Part shown: one piece after another, positions 51,766 to 64,000 of the stretch | Layout: every line of letters starts with the position of its first letter | How positions within the stretch are numbered: the first letter of the stretch is position 1 | From: Octopus sinensis | Taxonomy: Eukaryota | NCBI RefSeq assembly: GCF_006345805.1 | Contig: NC_043004.1 | Coordinates: 96,286,001-96,350,000, forward strand | DNA length: 64,000 nt | Direction: 5' to 3' | Notes under the pieces: model-generated | Seen by the model: the letters and a program-made list of their open reading frames with translations, nothing else | Told to the model about the DNA's origin: nothing | Databases searched by the model: none | Program-made: the position numbers and the translations under genes

Positions 51766-52464
51766 CTATGTCTGGTCATGGAGTGACCAATAGTTTTTCA
51801 TTCATAAGGGGACCTAGACCAATGGATGGCTCATCAGACTCTAAAGCCAAGGAATTGGTCACTCTATGACTGGACATAGACTTCACTGCATGTAAATACA
51901 TTACTGCTTTATGCTTTAGAGTGTACTTGTGTTTTGGATATATGATACATTGATGATACATACATGTATCATCAATCACCGTAGGAGCGGCTGTGTTGTA
52001 AGTAGCTTGCTTACGAACCACATGGTTCCAGGTTCAGTCCCACTGTGTGGCACCTTAGGCAAGTGTCTTCTTCTCTAGCCTCGTGCCGACCAAAGCCTTG
52101 TGAGTGGATTTGGTAAACAGAAACTGAAAGAATCCCGTCGCATATATGTATACCAAGAATCACTACTGTTGCTCCCATCGGAACACAAGGTAAAATCTAT
52201 AATGAACTCCTGCACTACACTTGACAAAACAGTAAGGAACGACTTACACCTTATAATATATTTTTCGCCTTTTCAAGAACAAGGATTCTATTGAATGTAT
52301 ATATCATGGACTCTATTGAATGTATGTAACAATTATGAACTATTCCATTATACTCTTTATTATAAAAAAATTCTTTTTGATAAGGTTCGTTATTTCAAGA
52401 ACCGAAACATGTAAAAATTAAAATTTATCTAATATAGTGGCATTTTCAAACTTCTTTTTTACAA

Positions 52465-52500
<36 letters not shown>

Positions 52501-53197
52501 ATGTCTGGTCATGGAGTGACCAATAGTTTTTCATTCATAAGGGGACCTAGACCAATGGATGGCTCATCAGACTCTAAAGCCAAGGAATTGGTCACTCTAT
52601 GACTGGACATAGACTTCACTGCATGTAAATACATTACTGCTTTATGCTTTAGAGTGTACTTGTGTTTTGGATATATGATACATTGATGATACATACATGT
52701 ATCATCAATCACCGTAGGAGCGGCTGTATTGTAAGTAGCTTGCTTACGAACCACATGGTTCCAGGTTCAGTCCCACTGTGTGGCACCTTAGGCAAGTGTC
52801 TTCTTCTCTAGCCTCGTGCCGACCAAAGCCTTGTGAGTGGATTTGGTAAACAGAAACTGAAAGAATCCCGTCGCATATATGTATACCAAGAATCACTACT
52901 GTTGCTCCCATCGGAACACAAGGTAAAATCTATAATGAACTCCTGCACTACACTTGACAAAACAGTAAGGAATGACTTACACCTTATAATATATTTTTCG
53001 CCTTTTCAAGAACAAGGATTCTATTGAATGTATATATCATGGACTCTATTGAATGTATGTAACAATTATGAACTATTCCATTATACTCTTTATTATAAAA
53101 AAATTCTTTTTGATAAGGTTCGTTATTTCAAGAACCGAAACATGTAAAAATTAAAATTTATCTAATATAGTGGCATTTTCAAACTTCTTTTTTACAA

Positions 53198-53211
<14 letters not shown>
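51746..53211. repeat. near-identical direct tandem duplication, 733-bp unit
   Basis: Identical ORFs at 51776/52509 and 52100/52833; junctions in (TA)n. Confidence 0.95.
52374..52416 (+). ncRNA. minimal hammerhead-like motif, U3-A8 core variant (duplicate 53107-53149)
   Basis: TTT-TTGATAA-GGTTC-gttatttcaa-GAACC-GAAAC-at-GTA^AAA; perfect 5-bp stem II, palindromic ACATGT stem III, weak stem I. Confidence 0.55.
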
Positions 53212-53255
<44 letters not shown>

Positions 53256-53512
53256 ATATGTTTGTGTGTCTGCATTTGTCCCCCCAACATCACTTGACAA
53301 CCGATGCTGGTGTTTTTACGTCCCCGTAGGTTAGCAGTTCAGCAAAAAAGACCAATAGAATAAGTACTAGGCTTACAAAGAATAAGTCCTGGGGTCGATT
53401 TGCTTGACTAAAAGGCGGTGCTCCAGCATGGTCACAGTAAAATGACTGAAACAAGTAAAAGAGAGTAAAAGAGTAGAGTATGTGTATGTGTGCCTCTGTG
53501 TGTATGTGGGGA

Positions 53513-54409
53513 TAAGTGAGCTGATCAATAAGTATTCGGACTGTTGTCATAGTAACGAAGCTAAAGCACACAGAGTAAAGCCACTTGGCACAGATTGATC
53601 TTGAACTCTGCTGAACATGTGAACTAAGTTTTAATGTTCTAGTTCACTACTGCTGTTTACAGCAGTGCCTGGTAGGAAGGTGTGTAGCGTGTGATCATCG
53701 CAATGACCATGAGAAAGAAAGTTGAGCAGAGAATTTGCATAAAATTTTCCCAAAAGCTTGGTGACACCTGCTCAGAGGCCCACACAAAGTTTTCAAAAAG
53801 TTTTCAATGTTCTCGACACGATCAAGGAGATCTTGAGCAACTGAAACCCGAGAGTCCTTTTTGTCAGCTGAAAGCAGTGTTGGCACAAAACTTGACAGAC
53901 ATGCATCTCATACCCAAATTTTCCGTGATAATGGACTGATCCGTAACTATTCTGCACATCCTCTGATAGCTCATAGATGGTGATTTGACGATTTCCTCTT
54001 ACAGCTGCATGCACATCTGCAATGTTTTTTCTCAGTTCTGCAGGTTGTGAGTCTCTCAGAATGTTCATCAATATCGACATTTTTTTCAGCCATCATAAAA
54101 ACGTCTGAACCACTTGCACACTTGTATGCAGCTCAAATACTCCTCTCCATACACTTTCCGCAACTTAGTGTAGGCCTCTGAGCAGGTATTGCCATGATAC
54201 CTTTCTCTGTTATGGTTAATGCAACAATCACACACTACACACCTTCCTAACAAGCACTACTGTAAACAGCCGCAGTGAGATAAAATGTTAAAACTTAGTG
54301 CGCATGCATAGCAGAGTTCAAGGTCACTCTGCACCAAGCAGCTTTACATTGTGTGTTTTAGCTTCGTTACTATGGCAACAGTCCGGATACTTATTGATCA
54401 AACCTCGTA
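53513..54409 (-). mobile_element. non-autonomous mariner element made of two inverted 5' ends
   Basis: ~200-bp inverted ends starting TACGAGGTTTGATCAATAAGTATCCGGACT. Transposase N-terminus on - (SEAYTKLRKVYGEE.LS..QV.KWFRRF..ITIYELSEDV..SYGSV.SIITENLGMR..KFVP.LLS) and a short + copy (EQRICIKF.QKLG). Confidence 0.88.
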
Positions 54410-54885
54410 TATAGGCGCAGGAGTGGCTGTGTGGTAGGTAGCTTGCTTACCAACCACACACTTCAGGGTTCAGTCCCACTGCATGGCACCTTGGGCAAGT
54501 GTCTTCTACTATAGCCTCGGGCCGACCAAGGCCTTGTGAGTGGATTTGGTAGATGGAAACTGAAAGAAGCCCGTCGTATATATATATATGTATATATATA
54601 TGTGTGTGGTGTGTGTGTGTGTGTGTGTATATGTTTGTGTGTCTGCATTTGTCCCCCCAACATCACTTGACAACCGATGCTGGTGTTTTTACGTCCCCGT
54701 AGGTTAGCAGTTCAGCAAAAAAGACCAATAGAATAAGTACTAGGCTTACAAAGAATAAATCCTGGGGTCGATTTGCTTGACTAAAAGGCGGTGCTCCAGC
54801 ATGGTCACAGTAAAATGACTGAAACAAGTAAAAGAGAGTAAAAGAGTAGAGTATGTGTATGTGTGCCTCTGTGTGTATGTGGGGA

Positions 54886-55780
54886 TAAGTGAGCTGATCA
54901 ATAAGTATTCGGACTGTTGTCATAGTAACGAAGCTAAAGCACACAGAGTAAAGCCACTTGGCACAGATTGATCTTGAACTCTGCTGAACATGTGAACTAA
55001 GTTTTAATGTTCTAGTTCACTACTGCTGTTTACAGCAGTGCCTGGTAGGAAGGTGTGTAGCGTGTGATCATCGCAATGACCATGAGAAAGAAAGTTGAGC
55101 AGAGAATTTGCATAAAATTTTCCCAAAAGCTTGGTGACACCTGCTCAGAGGCCCACACAAAGTTTTCACAAAGTTTTCAATGTTCTCGACACGATCAAGG
55201 AGATCTTGAGCAACTGAAACCCGAGAGTCTTTTTGGTCAACTGAAAGCAGTTTTGGCACAAACTTGACAGACACGCATCTCATACCCAAATTTTCTGTGA
55301 TAATGGACTGATCCGTAACTATTCTGCACATCCTTTGATAACTCATGAATGGTGATTTGACGATTTCCTCTTACAGCTGCATGCACATCTGCAATGTTTT
55401 TTCTCAGTTCTGCAGGTTGTGAGTCTCTCAGAATGTTCATCAATATCGACATTTTTTTCAGCCATCATAAAACGTCTGAACCACTTGCACACTTGTATGC
55501 AGCTCAAATACTCCTCTCCATACACTTTCCGCAACTTAGTGTAGGCCTCTGAGCAGGTATTGCCATGACACCTTTCTCTGTTATGGTTAATGCAACAATC
55601 ACACACTACACACCTTCCTAACAAGCACTACTGTAAACAGCCGCAGTGAGATAAAATGTTAAAACTTAGTGCGCATGCATAGCAGAGTTCAAGGTCACTC
55701 TGCACCAAGCAGCTTTACATTGTGTGTTTTAGCTTCGTTACTATGGCAACAGTCCGGATACTTATTGATCAAACCTCGTA
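54886..55780 (-). mobile_element. second copy of the mariner fold-back element
   Basis: Duplicate of 53513-54409. Confidence 0.88.
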
Positions 55781-55783
55781 TAT

Positions 55784-56189
55784 AGGCGCAGGAGTGGCTG
55801 TGTGGTAGGTAGCTTGCTTACCAACCACACACTTCAGGGTTCAGTCCCACTGCATGGCACCTTGGGCAAGTGTCTTCTACTATAGCCTCGGGCCGACCAA
55901 GGCCTTGTGAGTGGATTTGGTAGATGGAAACTGAAAGAAGCCCGTCGTATATATATATATGTATATATATATGTGTGTGTGTGTGTTTGTGTGTCTGTGT
56001 TTGTCTCCCCAACATCGCTTGGCAACCGATGCTGGTGTGTTTATGTCCCGTTACTTAGCGGTTCGGCAAAGGAGACCGATAGCATAAGTACTGGGCTTAC
56101 AAAGAATAAGTCCTGGGGTGGATTTGCTCGACTAAAAGGCGGTGCTCCAGCATGGCCGCAGTCAAATGACTGAAACAAGTAAAAGAGTA
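55784..56189 (+). mobile_element. SINE family A
   Basis: As above. Confidence 0.92.
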
Positions 56190-57593
56190 TAAGCGTGTTT
56201 GTGAGTAAATTCTTGCACATGCATGCATTTTTCTTAATTCATGCATTTATTCTAACATTTAAGCATATAAACACATTGGCATCTATGTGTAAAAATATCT
56301 ACACACACACAAGACACACAAGCACACATGTATATATTTATATATGGCACAGGTATATATTTATAAATGGTTCTTAAGTGCATGTACACACATATATGCA
56401 CAGTTTTACACACATAAAATTTCAACACAGATGGTTCATTATTACATTTTCATTTTTACTATAATCTAATGTAGTCAAGACTTTAATTAATCGACAGAAT
56501 TTGATGTAAACCATTGGTGTTATTGAATCAAGATGTTTTAATTAACATCTTATCGAATATTGACTTTTCTCTCTGTTTTAATAATATACACCTTTCATTG
56601 CATCATTTTTTTTCATTGTTTTCATATAGCCTTTCTGTATTTTTCTCTGGTATCGATGTATATTTTATAATGTTGTGTGAATATATATATATGGTTGAAA
56701 GTACACTTTTGTAGATACATGATATCACACTGTGTGTTTTGCATATATAAACTCATTTACATGACTGTAAATACACGTGTGCAAAGTACTTTAAATTAGA
56801 GGTTAACTCTTGGAGAATCAATTTTGCTATCTGATATAAATTCTTTTGAAGGTATTTCATATTTTTATTAACACTTGGTAATGATGAGATATCCTTAATT
56901 TACTTATTCTCCATTTCCTTCAAGTCAGCATGCCTAATCATATGTGTTCATTAATGGACAGTGTTACTTATTAATGGTTAAGCATAAAAACAAGATATTT
57001 AATAGCTAAAACTGTTTAATTTACTTGTGAATCAAATATATTCGCTGTCCAAGATAAAGCACAAGCTAGAGTTTTTTTTTTATATATAAATGATACATAT
57101 GATAAAAATATTGTTTCATTTTATTCAAAATTTACATTTTTTTACAATTTTAAAAAACAATATTCAAATTTCTTCACTTTATCAACAGAAAACCCAATAT
57201 CAAAGCAGCATTACTGTGAATGATCATTCATAGTAATGCTTTGAATGTTTTTTCGTTGCTTCTCCTGATAAAGGGAAAAAATTTGAATACCGTTCTTTAA
57301 AACATGAAAAGTGTGATTAAAATATATATAAAATTTCAATAATGCTGTAATCCTGAAGGCACATGGCTTCAAGACTACAGTTCAGGGTCATAATATTGTG
57401 GTATGAATTCCTAGACCAGTTAGCGTGTTCTGACCTTGAGCAAGGTACTTCATTTAACATTGAAGAAGTCTACTTAGATGTGATGAATACTGGTGGAATA
57501 CTTGTGTTCCTCCCTTTCCTGCCAGCTGCCACATCTTCGATAGTTGATTCAGTCAAGATTGAGAGGACAGAGAGATTGTTTATATCTACACGT

Positions 57594-58007
57594 CTTTTAC
57601 TCTTTTACTCTTTTACTTGTTTCAGTCATTTGACTGCAGCCATGCTGGAGCACCGCCTTTTAGTCGAGTAAATCGACCCCAGGACTTATTCTTTGTAAGC
57701 CTAGTACTTATTCTATCAGTCTCTTTTGCTGAACCGCTAAGTAATGGGGACGTAAACACACCAGCATCGGTTGTCAAGCAATGGTGGGGGGGACAAACAC
57801 AGACACACAAACATATACACACATACATATATATACATATATACGACGGGCTTCTTCCAGTTTTCGTCTACCAAATCCACTCACAAGGCTTTGGTCAGCT
57901 CGAGGCTATAGTAGAAGACACTTGCCCAAGATGCCATGCAGTGGGAATGAACCTGGAACCATGTGGTTGGTAAGCTAGCTACTTATCACACAGCCACTCC
58001 TGCGCCT
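57594..58007 (-). mobile_element. SINE family A
   Basis: As above. Confidence 0.92.
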
Positions 58008-58418
58008 ATAACATGTAATTACCTAGGTACCTAAAGCAATTTGCTAAAACATAGTAAATGTGATCAAGATACACTTATGAATGAATGGTGCTGGTTATTC
58101 TTACTACAGGAGATACTGAATTCTATGGTTCTCATGTAAGTATGATGCACTGTTCAACTAAATTAGCTATACCTGAGATTCTACTTATTTTTATTAACAC
58201 AAATAAATACTAAATGTTTACCAAGTTTTCGAGTTTATTAATTGAGATACAAATAATGAGGATCATATTTCAAATATATGAAAATTCCTTTTTATATGAA
58301 ACTAAGCTGTATATATGATGTGGTTGTTCTGATGAATATGTGTGATATTAGATTAACAACCTCAGTAAAAGAAATAACACTTAAGAAAAATATCTTCATG
58401 TTTGTGTGTGTGTGTGTG

Positions 58419-58497
<79 letters not shown>

Positions 58498-58527
58498 CGT
58501 GTGTGTGTGTGTGTGTGTTATTAACTA

Positions 58528-58950
58528 AGGTGGTGAGCTGGCAGAATCATTAGCATCCTGGACGAAATGCTTAGCAGTATTTTCCTCATCACTATGTTCT
58601 GAGTTCAAATTCCACAGAGGTCAACTTTATCTTTCATGCATTTAATGTTGATAAAATAAGTACGAGTTGAACACTGGGGTCGATATAATCGTCTCATCCC
58701 CTCACTCAAAATTGCTGCCTTTGTGGCAAAATTTGAAACCATTATTATAATTATTATTAACTTGATGAGCTGGAAGAATCATTAGCATTTCGTCTGTCTC
58801 TATGTTCCGAGTTCAAATTCTGCTGCAGTCGACTTTGCCTTTAATCTATTTGGAAGGCAATAAAATAAGTACCAGTTGAACATTGGAATCAAAGTAATCA
58901 AATTAATACCCTCCCATGAAATTTCAGGCTTTGTGCCTACAATAGACAGA
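58528..58950 (+). mobile_element. two adjacent SINE family D copies
   Basis: GGTGGTGAGCTGGCAGAATCATTAGC heads at 58529 and ~58764. Confidence 0.8.
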
Positions 58951-58971
58951 ATTATTATTATTATCATTTTA

Positions 58972-60082
58972 TTGAGCGAGAGAGCAGTGCATGCCATGAA
59001 AGTGACACTTGGGTACAAATATATGAAGCCCAGTATGTCCATCATGACTACCCATCTGATAAAGGTACACCAGGAACATGCATCATAACCAAATATGCAT
59101 GACATGGTGATCTCATATCAAAATAAACAGTGCATGACCTTGCAGGTGGGGCCCAGTTAGAATTTTCTTCAGGTTGAGTAGCCCATCCTGCTCAAAAGGT
59201 CCCTAAATAAGGGTTGTTTAAGGTTGTTGAATGAAACGCCAAAGTTTCCAGTGGTGAATTATTCAAACCCCAAAGGATTCCTCTCAACATATGGATATTA
59301 TGCTCCCCCACTTCTTCTGCACATATCAACAGCCTCTAAGGGATATAGTCAACTGATTATGGTCAAACAAGTGACAAGTAAATCTGTTGTATTGAGCAGA
59401 ATATTTGCTGTAGCCTATCTATTTGTACCAAGACAAAACATGTACATGATAACACTTCCAATCAGTTAAGATCAGAAGCCACGAGAGCCACTGCCTCATT
59501 AGGGTATTTATCATTATTATCATTATTATTGAGTGAGAGAACAGTGCATGCCATCAAAGTGACACTGGGGTAAAATATACGAAGCCTAGTATACCCATCA
59601 TGACTACTCATCTGATAAGAGTACACCAGGCACATGCATCACAACCATATGTGTGCGACATGGTGCTCTCATATCAAGATAAACAGCACATGACCTCGCA
59701 AGTGGGGCCCAGTTAGAATTTTCTTCAGGTTGAGTTACCCAGCCCACTTAAAAGGTCTCTGAATAAGAATTGTTTAAGGATGTGGAACAAAACACCTATA
59801 TTTCCAAAGGTGAATTATCCAAACCCCAATGAATTCCTCTTAACACATAGCTATGATGTTCCCCTACTTCTTCTCTTGATCAGAGATGCACATATCGTCA
59901 GCCACTAAGAGTCTTGTTCAACTGGTTAAGGTCAAACAACTAGCAAGCAAATCTGTGGTATTGAGCAGAATATTTGTTGTAGCCCATCTTTTATACCAAG
60001 ACAAAACAATGTACATGATAACACTTCCAATCAGTTAAGATCAGAAGCCATGTGAGCCACTGCCTGGTACTGTATCAGGGCA
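58972..60082 (-). mobile_element. two diverged ~540-bp non-coding elements in tandem, each bounded by (TAA)n
   Basis: 58972-59505 and 59528-60082 are colinear (gag.gagag..cagtgcatgccat.aaagtgacact...gatcagaagcca..gagccactgcct) with many substitutions; ATT repeats at all junctions. Confidence 0.8.
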
Positions 60083-60146
60083 TTTAGTATTATTATTTAT
60101 CATTATCTTTATTATTATTATTATTATTATTATTATAATTATTATA

Positions 60147-60187
<41 letters not shown>

Positions 60188-60385
60188 GTTGGTGAGCTGG
60201 CAGAATCATTGGCACACTGGGCAAAATGCTTAGTGGGATTTCATCCATCTTTACATTTTGTGTTCAAATTCTGCCTAGGTTGACTTTGCCTTTCAGCCTT
60301 TCAGAGTTTATAAAATAAGTACCAATTGTGTACCAACTTAGCCCCTTGCACGAGCTTGCTGGCCTTGTGCTAAAATTGGAAACCA
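60188..60385 (+). mobile_element. SINE family D
   Basis: As above. Confidence 0.78.
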
Positions 60386-60724
60386 TCCTTATTATTATTT
60401 TTCATTTTTTCACTCAGCATTTCTTCATTGTTTATCCAGTATTGGATTGCTAAATATCAGGCTACATCCAACAATATTGGTATTTAGCTGCCTATTTTCT
60501 TGTACCATACAAGCAAGCTTCCTCTACAATCAAGAAATATTGATAACAACATCTTCAACCAAACTACCAAACTTCTAGAAATGATTTCCAACCTTTCTAC
60601 TATAATTGTATAATGACAACTTCAGAGCAATTCCAGACTCCCAGAAGTTTAAATTTTGCTTCCTGGTATTTTTTCTATTATTTTTTACTATTCATTTTTT
60701 TTTTTTACTATTCATTTTTTAAAA

Positions 60725-61107
60725 CTCTCTTTTACTTGTTTTTAGTCATTTGACTGTGGCCATGCTGGAGCACCACCTTTAATCGAGCAACTCGACCCCG
60801 GGACTTATTCTTTGTAAGCCCAGTACCTATTCCATCGGTCTCCTTTGCCGAGCCGTTAAGTGATGGGGACATAAACACACCAGCATCGGTTGCCAAGCAA
60901 CGCCAGGGGGACAAACACAGACACACAAACACACAATATATAAGACGGGCTTCTTTCAGTTTCCCTCTACCAAATCCACTCACAAGGCTTTGGTTGGCCC
61001 GAGGCTATAGTAGAAGACACTTGCCCAAGGTGCCATGCAGTGGGACTGAACCCGGAACCATGTGGTTGGTAAGCAAGCTACTTACCACACAGCCACTCCT
61101 GTGCCTA
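60725..61107 (-). mobile_element. SINE family A
   Basis: As above. Confidence 0.9.
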
Positions 61108-61291
61108 TTCATTTTTTTTTTACTATTCATTTTTTTTTGTCTGCTATTCTTGCATCAAATGGACAAGCACCATCAGTTAAGCAATACACACCTCTTCTTT
61201 AAGTACGACAATATCTGGGTGCTAATGTTCTATTTGTCCATTCATTTGAATTTCCTCATCTTGTACTACTTTTATATAACCAATTTCAAGA

Positions 61292-61812
61292 ACAGGGATG
61301 ACTGTGTGGTAAGAAGCCTGCTTCTCAATCACATGGTTCTGGGTTCTGTCCCACTGTGTGGCACCTCGGGCAGGTGCCTTCTACTATAACCTCAGGCTAA
61401 TGAAAGCTCTGTGAGTGGATTTGGTAAATAGAAACCGATAGAAGTCTGTCGTATATATGTATATGTATATATTAGGTTGTCCCAAAAGTTCGTAAACACT
61501 TGCGAAAATTGAATTTTTACTCGCCAAGTACTAACAAAAACAACAAAAATTATTCCTCAAAATAAAGACCATTATTTACCAAGACTTTCTACGAACTGTT
61601 GGGACAACCTTATATCTATGCGTATGTGTCTTTACGTTTGTGTTTATACCCACTACTGCTTAACAGCGAGTGTTGGTGTGTTTTTATGTCTCTGTAACTC
61701 AGGAATAGACTAAGTACTAGGTTTAAAAATGTCCTTGAGTCAATTTGTTTGACTAAAACCCTTCAAGGTGGTGCCCCAGCATGGCTGCAGTCAGATGACC
61801 AAAACAAGTAAG
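61292..61812 (+). mobile_element. older SINE family A carrying a mariner MITE in its TA tract
   Basis: Head and tail flank 61472-61612. Confidence 0.82.
61472..61612. mobile_element. 141-bp mariner-type MITE
   Basis: TA|TTAGGTTGTCCCAAAAGTTCGTA ... TACGAACTGTTGGGACAACCTTA|TA. Confidence 0.85.
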
Positions 61813-61894
61813 GGAAAATATGAAATATAAACATGTTTTCTTTATTTTATGTTTTTCACCTTACCAGTTTTCAAATACAACCTTTTTTTTTTAA

Positions 61895-62087
61895 CCCTTT
61901 AGTTTTTAAACTGACCCTATCTGACCCAAATATTCTAGCCATTTTATGTTCAAACCAACCAGATCTGGTCCCTGCCCTCTATCCAATAATAATAATAATC
62001 ACGTCATCGAAATCTGAATGTTGCAAGATAATGCATGATTAATTCAAAATAACATGCATAAATAAGCATTAATGTAACACTAAAGGT
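61895..62087 (-). mobile_element. piggyBac-type MITE (same family as 11765)
   Basis: TTAA|CCCTTTAG ... CTAAAGGT|TTAA; internal match to 11765-11983 in reverse. Confidence 0.78.
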
Positions 62088-62196
62088 TTAAAAATCCATA
62101 TACAATTGTCAAGTCTCCAATTTTTGTAAAGCTTCTGGGAAAGCATTTTATATTCAGAGACTACAATCTCAATCATCTTTTCTTTTTTACAACATA

Positions 62197-62598
62197 TCTT
62201 TATATATAAAAGAGAGGTTGTGTGCTGTCTGTCTCCTACGATTTAGATTCCTAACTCCTCCCACATTTTGCGGTGCAGTTTAACCAAAACCGGGTATCTT
62301 ATAGTCATGATTCATATCGAGCCCTTCTGGGTATTAGCGTGAGTCTACAATGAGTCTACGATTTAAAAAATAATTTACCATAATTTTTTTTCCATTTTAA
62401 TGCATTTTTTCGCTATTATATAAGGGAAGTAACTCTCTAAAAATGTCTACGATGAGTCAACGATTTAAAAAAAAATTTACCATAATTTTTTTCCCATTTT
62501 TAATGCATTTTCTTGCTATTTTTTGGCTATAACTCTCTAAAAATGCTTATATAGTTATTTCCCTTACAAACCCGAGCAATGCCGGGCGATACTGCTAG
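62197..62598 (+). mobile_element. non-autonomous Helitron
   Basis: A|TCTTTATATATAAAA; 3' cccgagcaatgccggg hairpin, CTAG|T; last ~120 bp shared with 39576-39963. Confidence 0.87.
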
Positions 62599-62714
62599 TT
62601 CTATATTTAGTTGAGATAGTTTTCTTATTTGTATTCTTCCTCATATATCTTATTCTGACTGCTTGGTCCTATGCAACAAAGATCAAGACATCTGCATCTT
62701 TCTTTAAATTTCTT

Positions 62715-63198
62715 GGTGGGATTCTGGTTTAAGCACGCCATAAAACCCCTAAAAAATTTTTTTATAATTTTAAAAATTGTCAGAAAAGTCTTGTGAATTA
62801 TATTCTATTCACAGGAATTCATATGACTATGAATTTTTTTTTTATTTTTCTAAATTAAAAATTCTTTTTTTTTAATTACTGTTAAAAATTTGGACAGTCC
62901 GACATTTTGGCTTAAATGACAACAGACCATTAAATGTATTTATGGGAGAAAATAATTAAAAAACATCAAAAATCAGATTGACAAAGGAATGAGGAGGGTA
63001 GAGGTGGTCATGAGATGCACTGAAAATAACAGCTAAATAGCCCTTAAATCAGACATCAAAAGTATTTTGTTTGTGCTTTTGTATAATTGTATGAATTCCT
63101 GTGTGTGGAATACAAATTCACAAACATTTTCTGAAAGTTCTAAAAAATAAAAAAGTTATGAGGGGCTCTAAGGCATTCATAAAGCAGAATTCTGCCAC
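62715..63198. mobile_element. old MITE with ~120-bp inverted ends
   Basis: tcagaaaagtcttgtgaattatattctattcacaggaattcata vs tatgaattcctgtgtgtggaatacaaattcacaaacattttctga. Confidence 0.65.
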
Positions 63199-63539
63199 TT
63201 ACTTTTGACATCTGGTTTATGCTTTGAAAATATTTTCCATGTAAACTTTGCTATTCATATCTTTGTTTTCTAACCTTAGGAATATCACTTTCTCTTTTTT
63301 CATACAGGAACCTCTGCACTTGGAAGTACCATTCTGATACTATTTTTTAATACTCTCACTCCACCAGCAAATGTACTCTGTTCTCTTCCAGTCTTGCCTT
63401 AATTACATTGAGTTATCCATTAACTGCCGATAGTTAACTATCATCTGGTCTTTTCTGGACTGTATACAGTACTTAAGCAATGATAGATGGTCAGGCAGAT
63501 AGGCTGTCATCTTGGAAAATACTCTGACATATATATTTA

Positions 63540-63775
63540 CACCAATCCGACCGTGGCCGTTGCCAGCCTCGCCTGGCACCTGTGCAGGTGGCACGTAAAA
63601 AGCACCCACTACACTCACGGAGTGGTTGGCATTAGGAAGGGCATCCAGCTGTAGAAACATTGCCAGATAAGACTGGAGCCTGGTGCAGCCTTCTGGCTTC
63701 CCAGATCCCCGGTCGAACCGTCCAACCATGCTAGCATAGAGAACGGACGTTAAACGATGATGATGATGATGATGA
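63540..63775 (+). mobile_element. RTE-associated 3' tail, young copy, (GAT)n end
   Basis: ggagtggttggcattaggaagggcatccagctgtagaaac...ggacgttaaacgatgatgatg. Confidence 0.85.
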
Positions 63776-64000
63776 AGGGAGACACTATTTTCTCTTAGTT
63801 CTGTTACTTGAATTCCTCTATTAGGTGATATAATTACTATCATCATTATTATTATTTCCATTTCACTTCTCAGAGAACTTGATTTCACTTGTTTCAGTTA
63901 ATTCTACAGACAACACCCAAATACCATTCTCAAAATCTTCACTGTTCCCAATAGAGCAGTTTTCTGAGCATGTTCTATCCTCATGTGAATCCCAGTTGCT

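Larger units (their letters stand above)
53232..55975. repeat. direct tandem duplication, ~1373-bp unit, with breakpoints inside SINE A copies
   Basis: ORFs 53290/54663 identical; 54414-54848 is a chimeric SINE. Confidence 0.93.

Noticed and set aside
51349-51786. 145-aa ORF with CxxC-H-C as a zinc-finger gene
   Set aside because: It is the CCHC knuckle of a decayed R4/Dong LINE and runs into a microsatellite.
60430-61230. Possible APE-endonuclease remnant (AAY.., STIIV.., LSNT.LFFK)
   Set aside because: Too decayed to support a call by eye.

Overview
AT-rich, microsatellite-saturated eukaryotic DNA with no confidently identifiable intact protein-coding gene. Nearly all listed ORFs are simple-repeat or transposon by-products. 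The repeat repertoire fits an Octopus/coleoid cephalopod genome (inferred from SINE style and microsatellite load). It includes four tRNA-headed SINE families; CR1, RTE, L1/Tx1 and R4/Dong LINE remnants; a decayed Penelope-like RT plus GIY-YIG ORF; a solo LTR; mariner/Tc1, pogo/Tc2, hAT and piggyBac MITEs; and two non-autonomous Helitrons. The most interesting signal is a set of short, often fold-back, Penelope-type terminal repeats sitting in (TA)n tracts and carrying hammerhead-ribozyme (HHR) folds. One is an apparently intact canonical C3-G8 HHR (11635-11698, -). Others have the core 3-8 tertiary pair swapped to A3-U8 (26693-26770, both arms) or U3-A8 (52374/53107). Also seen: a TSD-bounded homodimeric SINE (twice), two SINE/LINE shared-3'-tail pairs, a TSD-bounded retroposed unit ending in an unrecognised ORF, SINE-mediated tandem duplications, and scattered candidate exons. 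Coordinates were read by eye; repeat boundaries are approximate.
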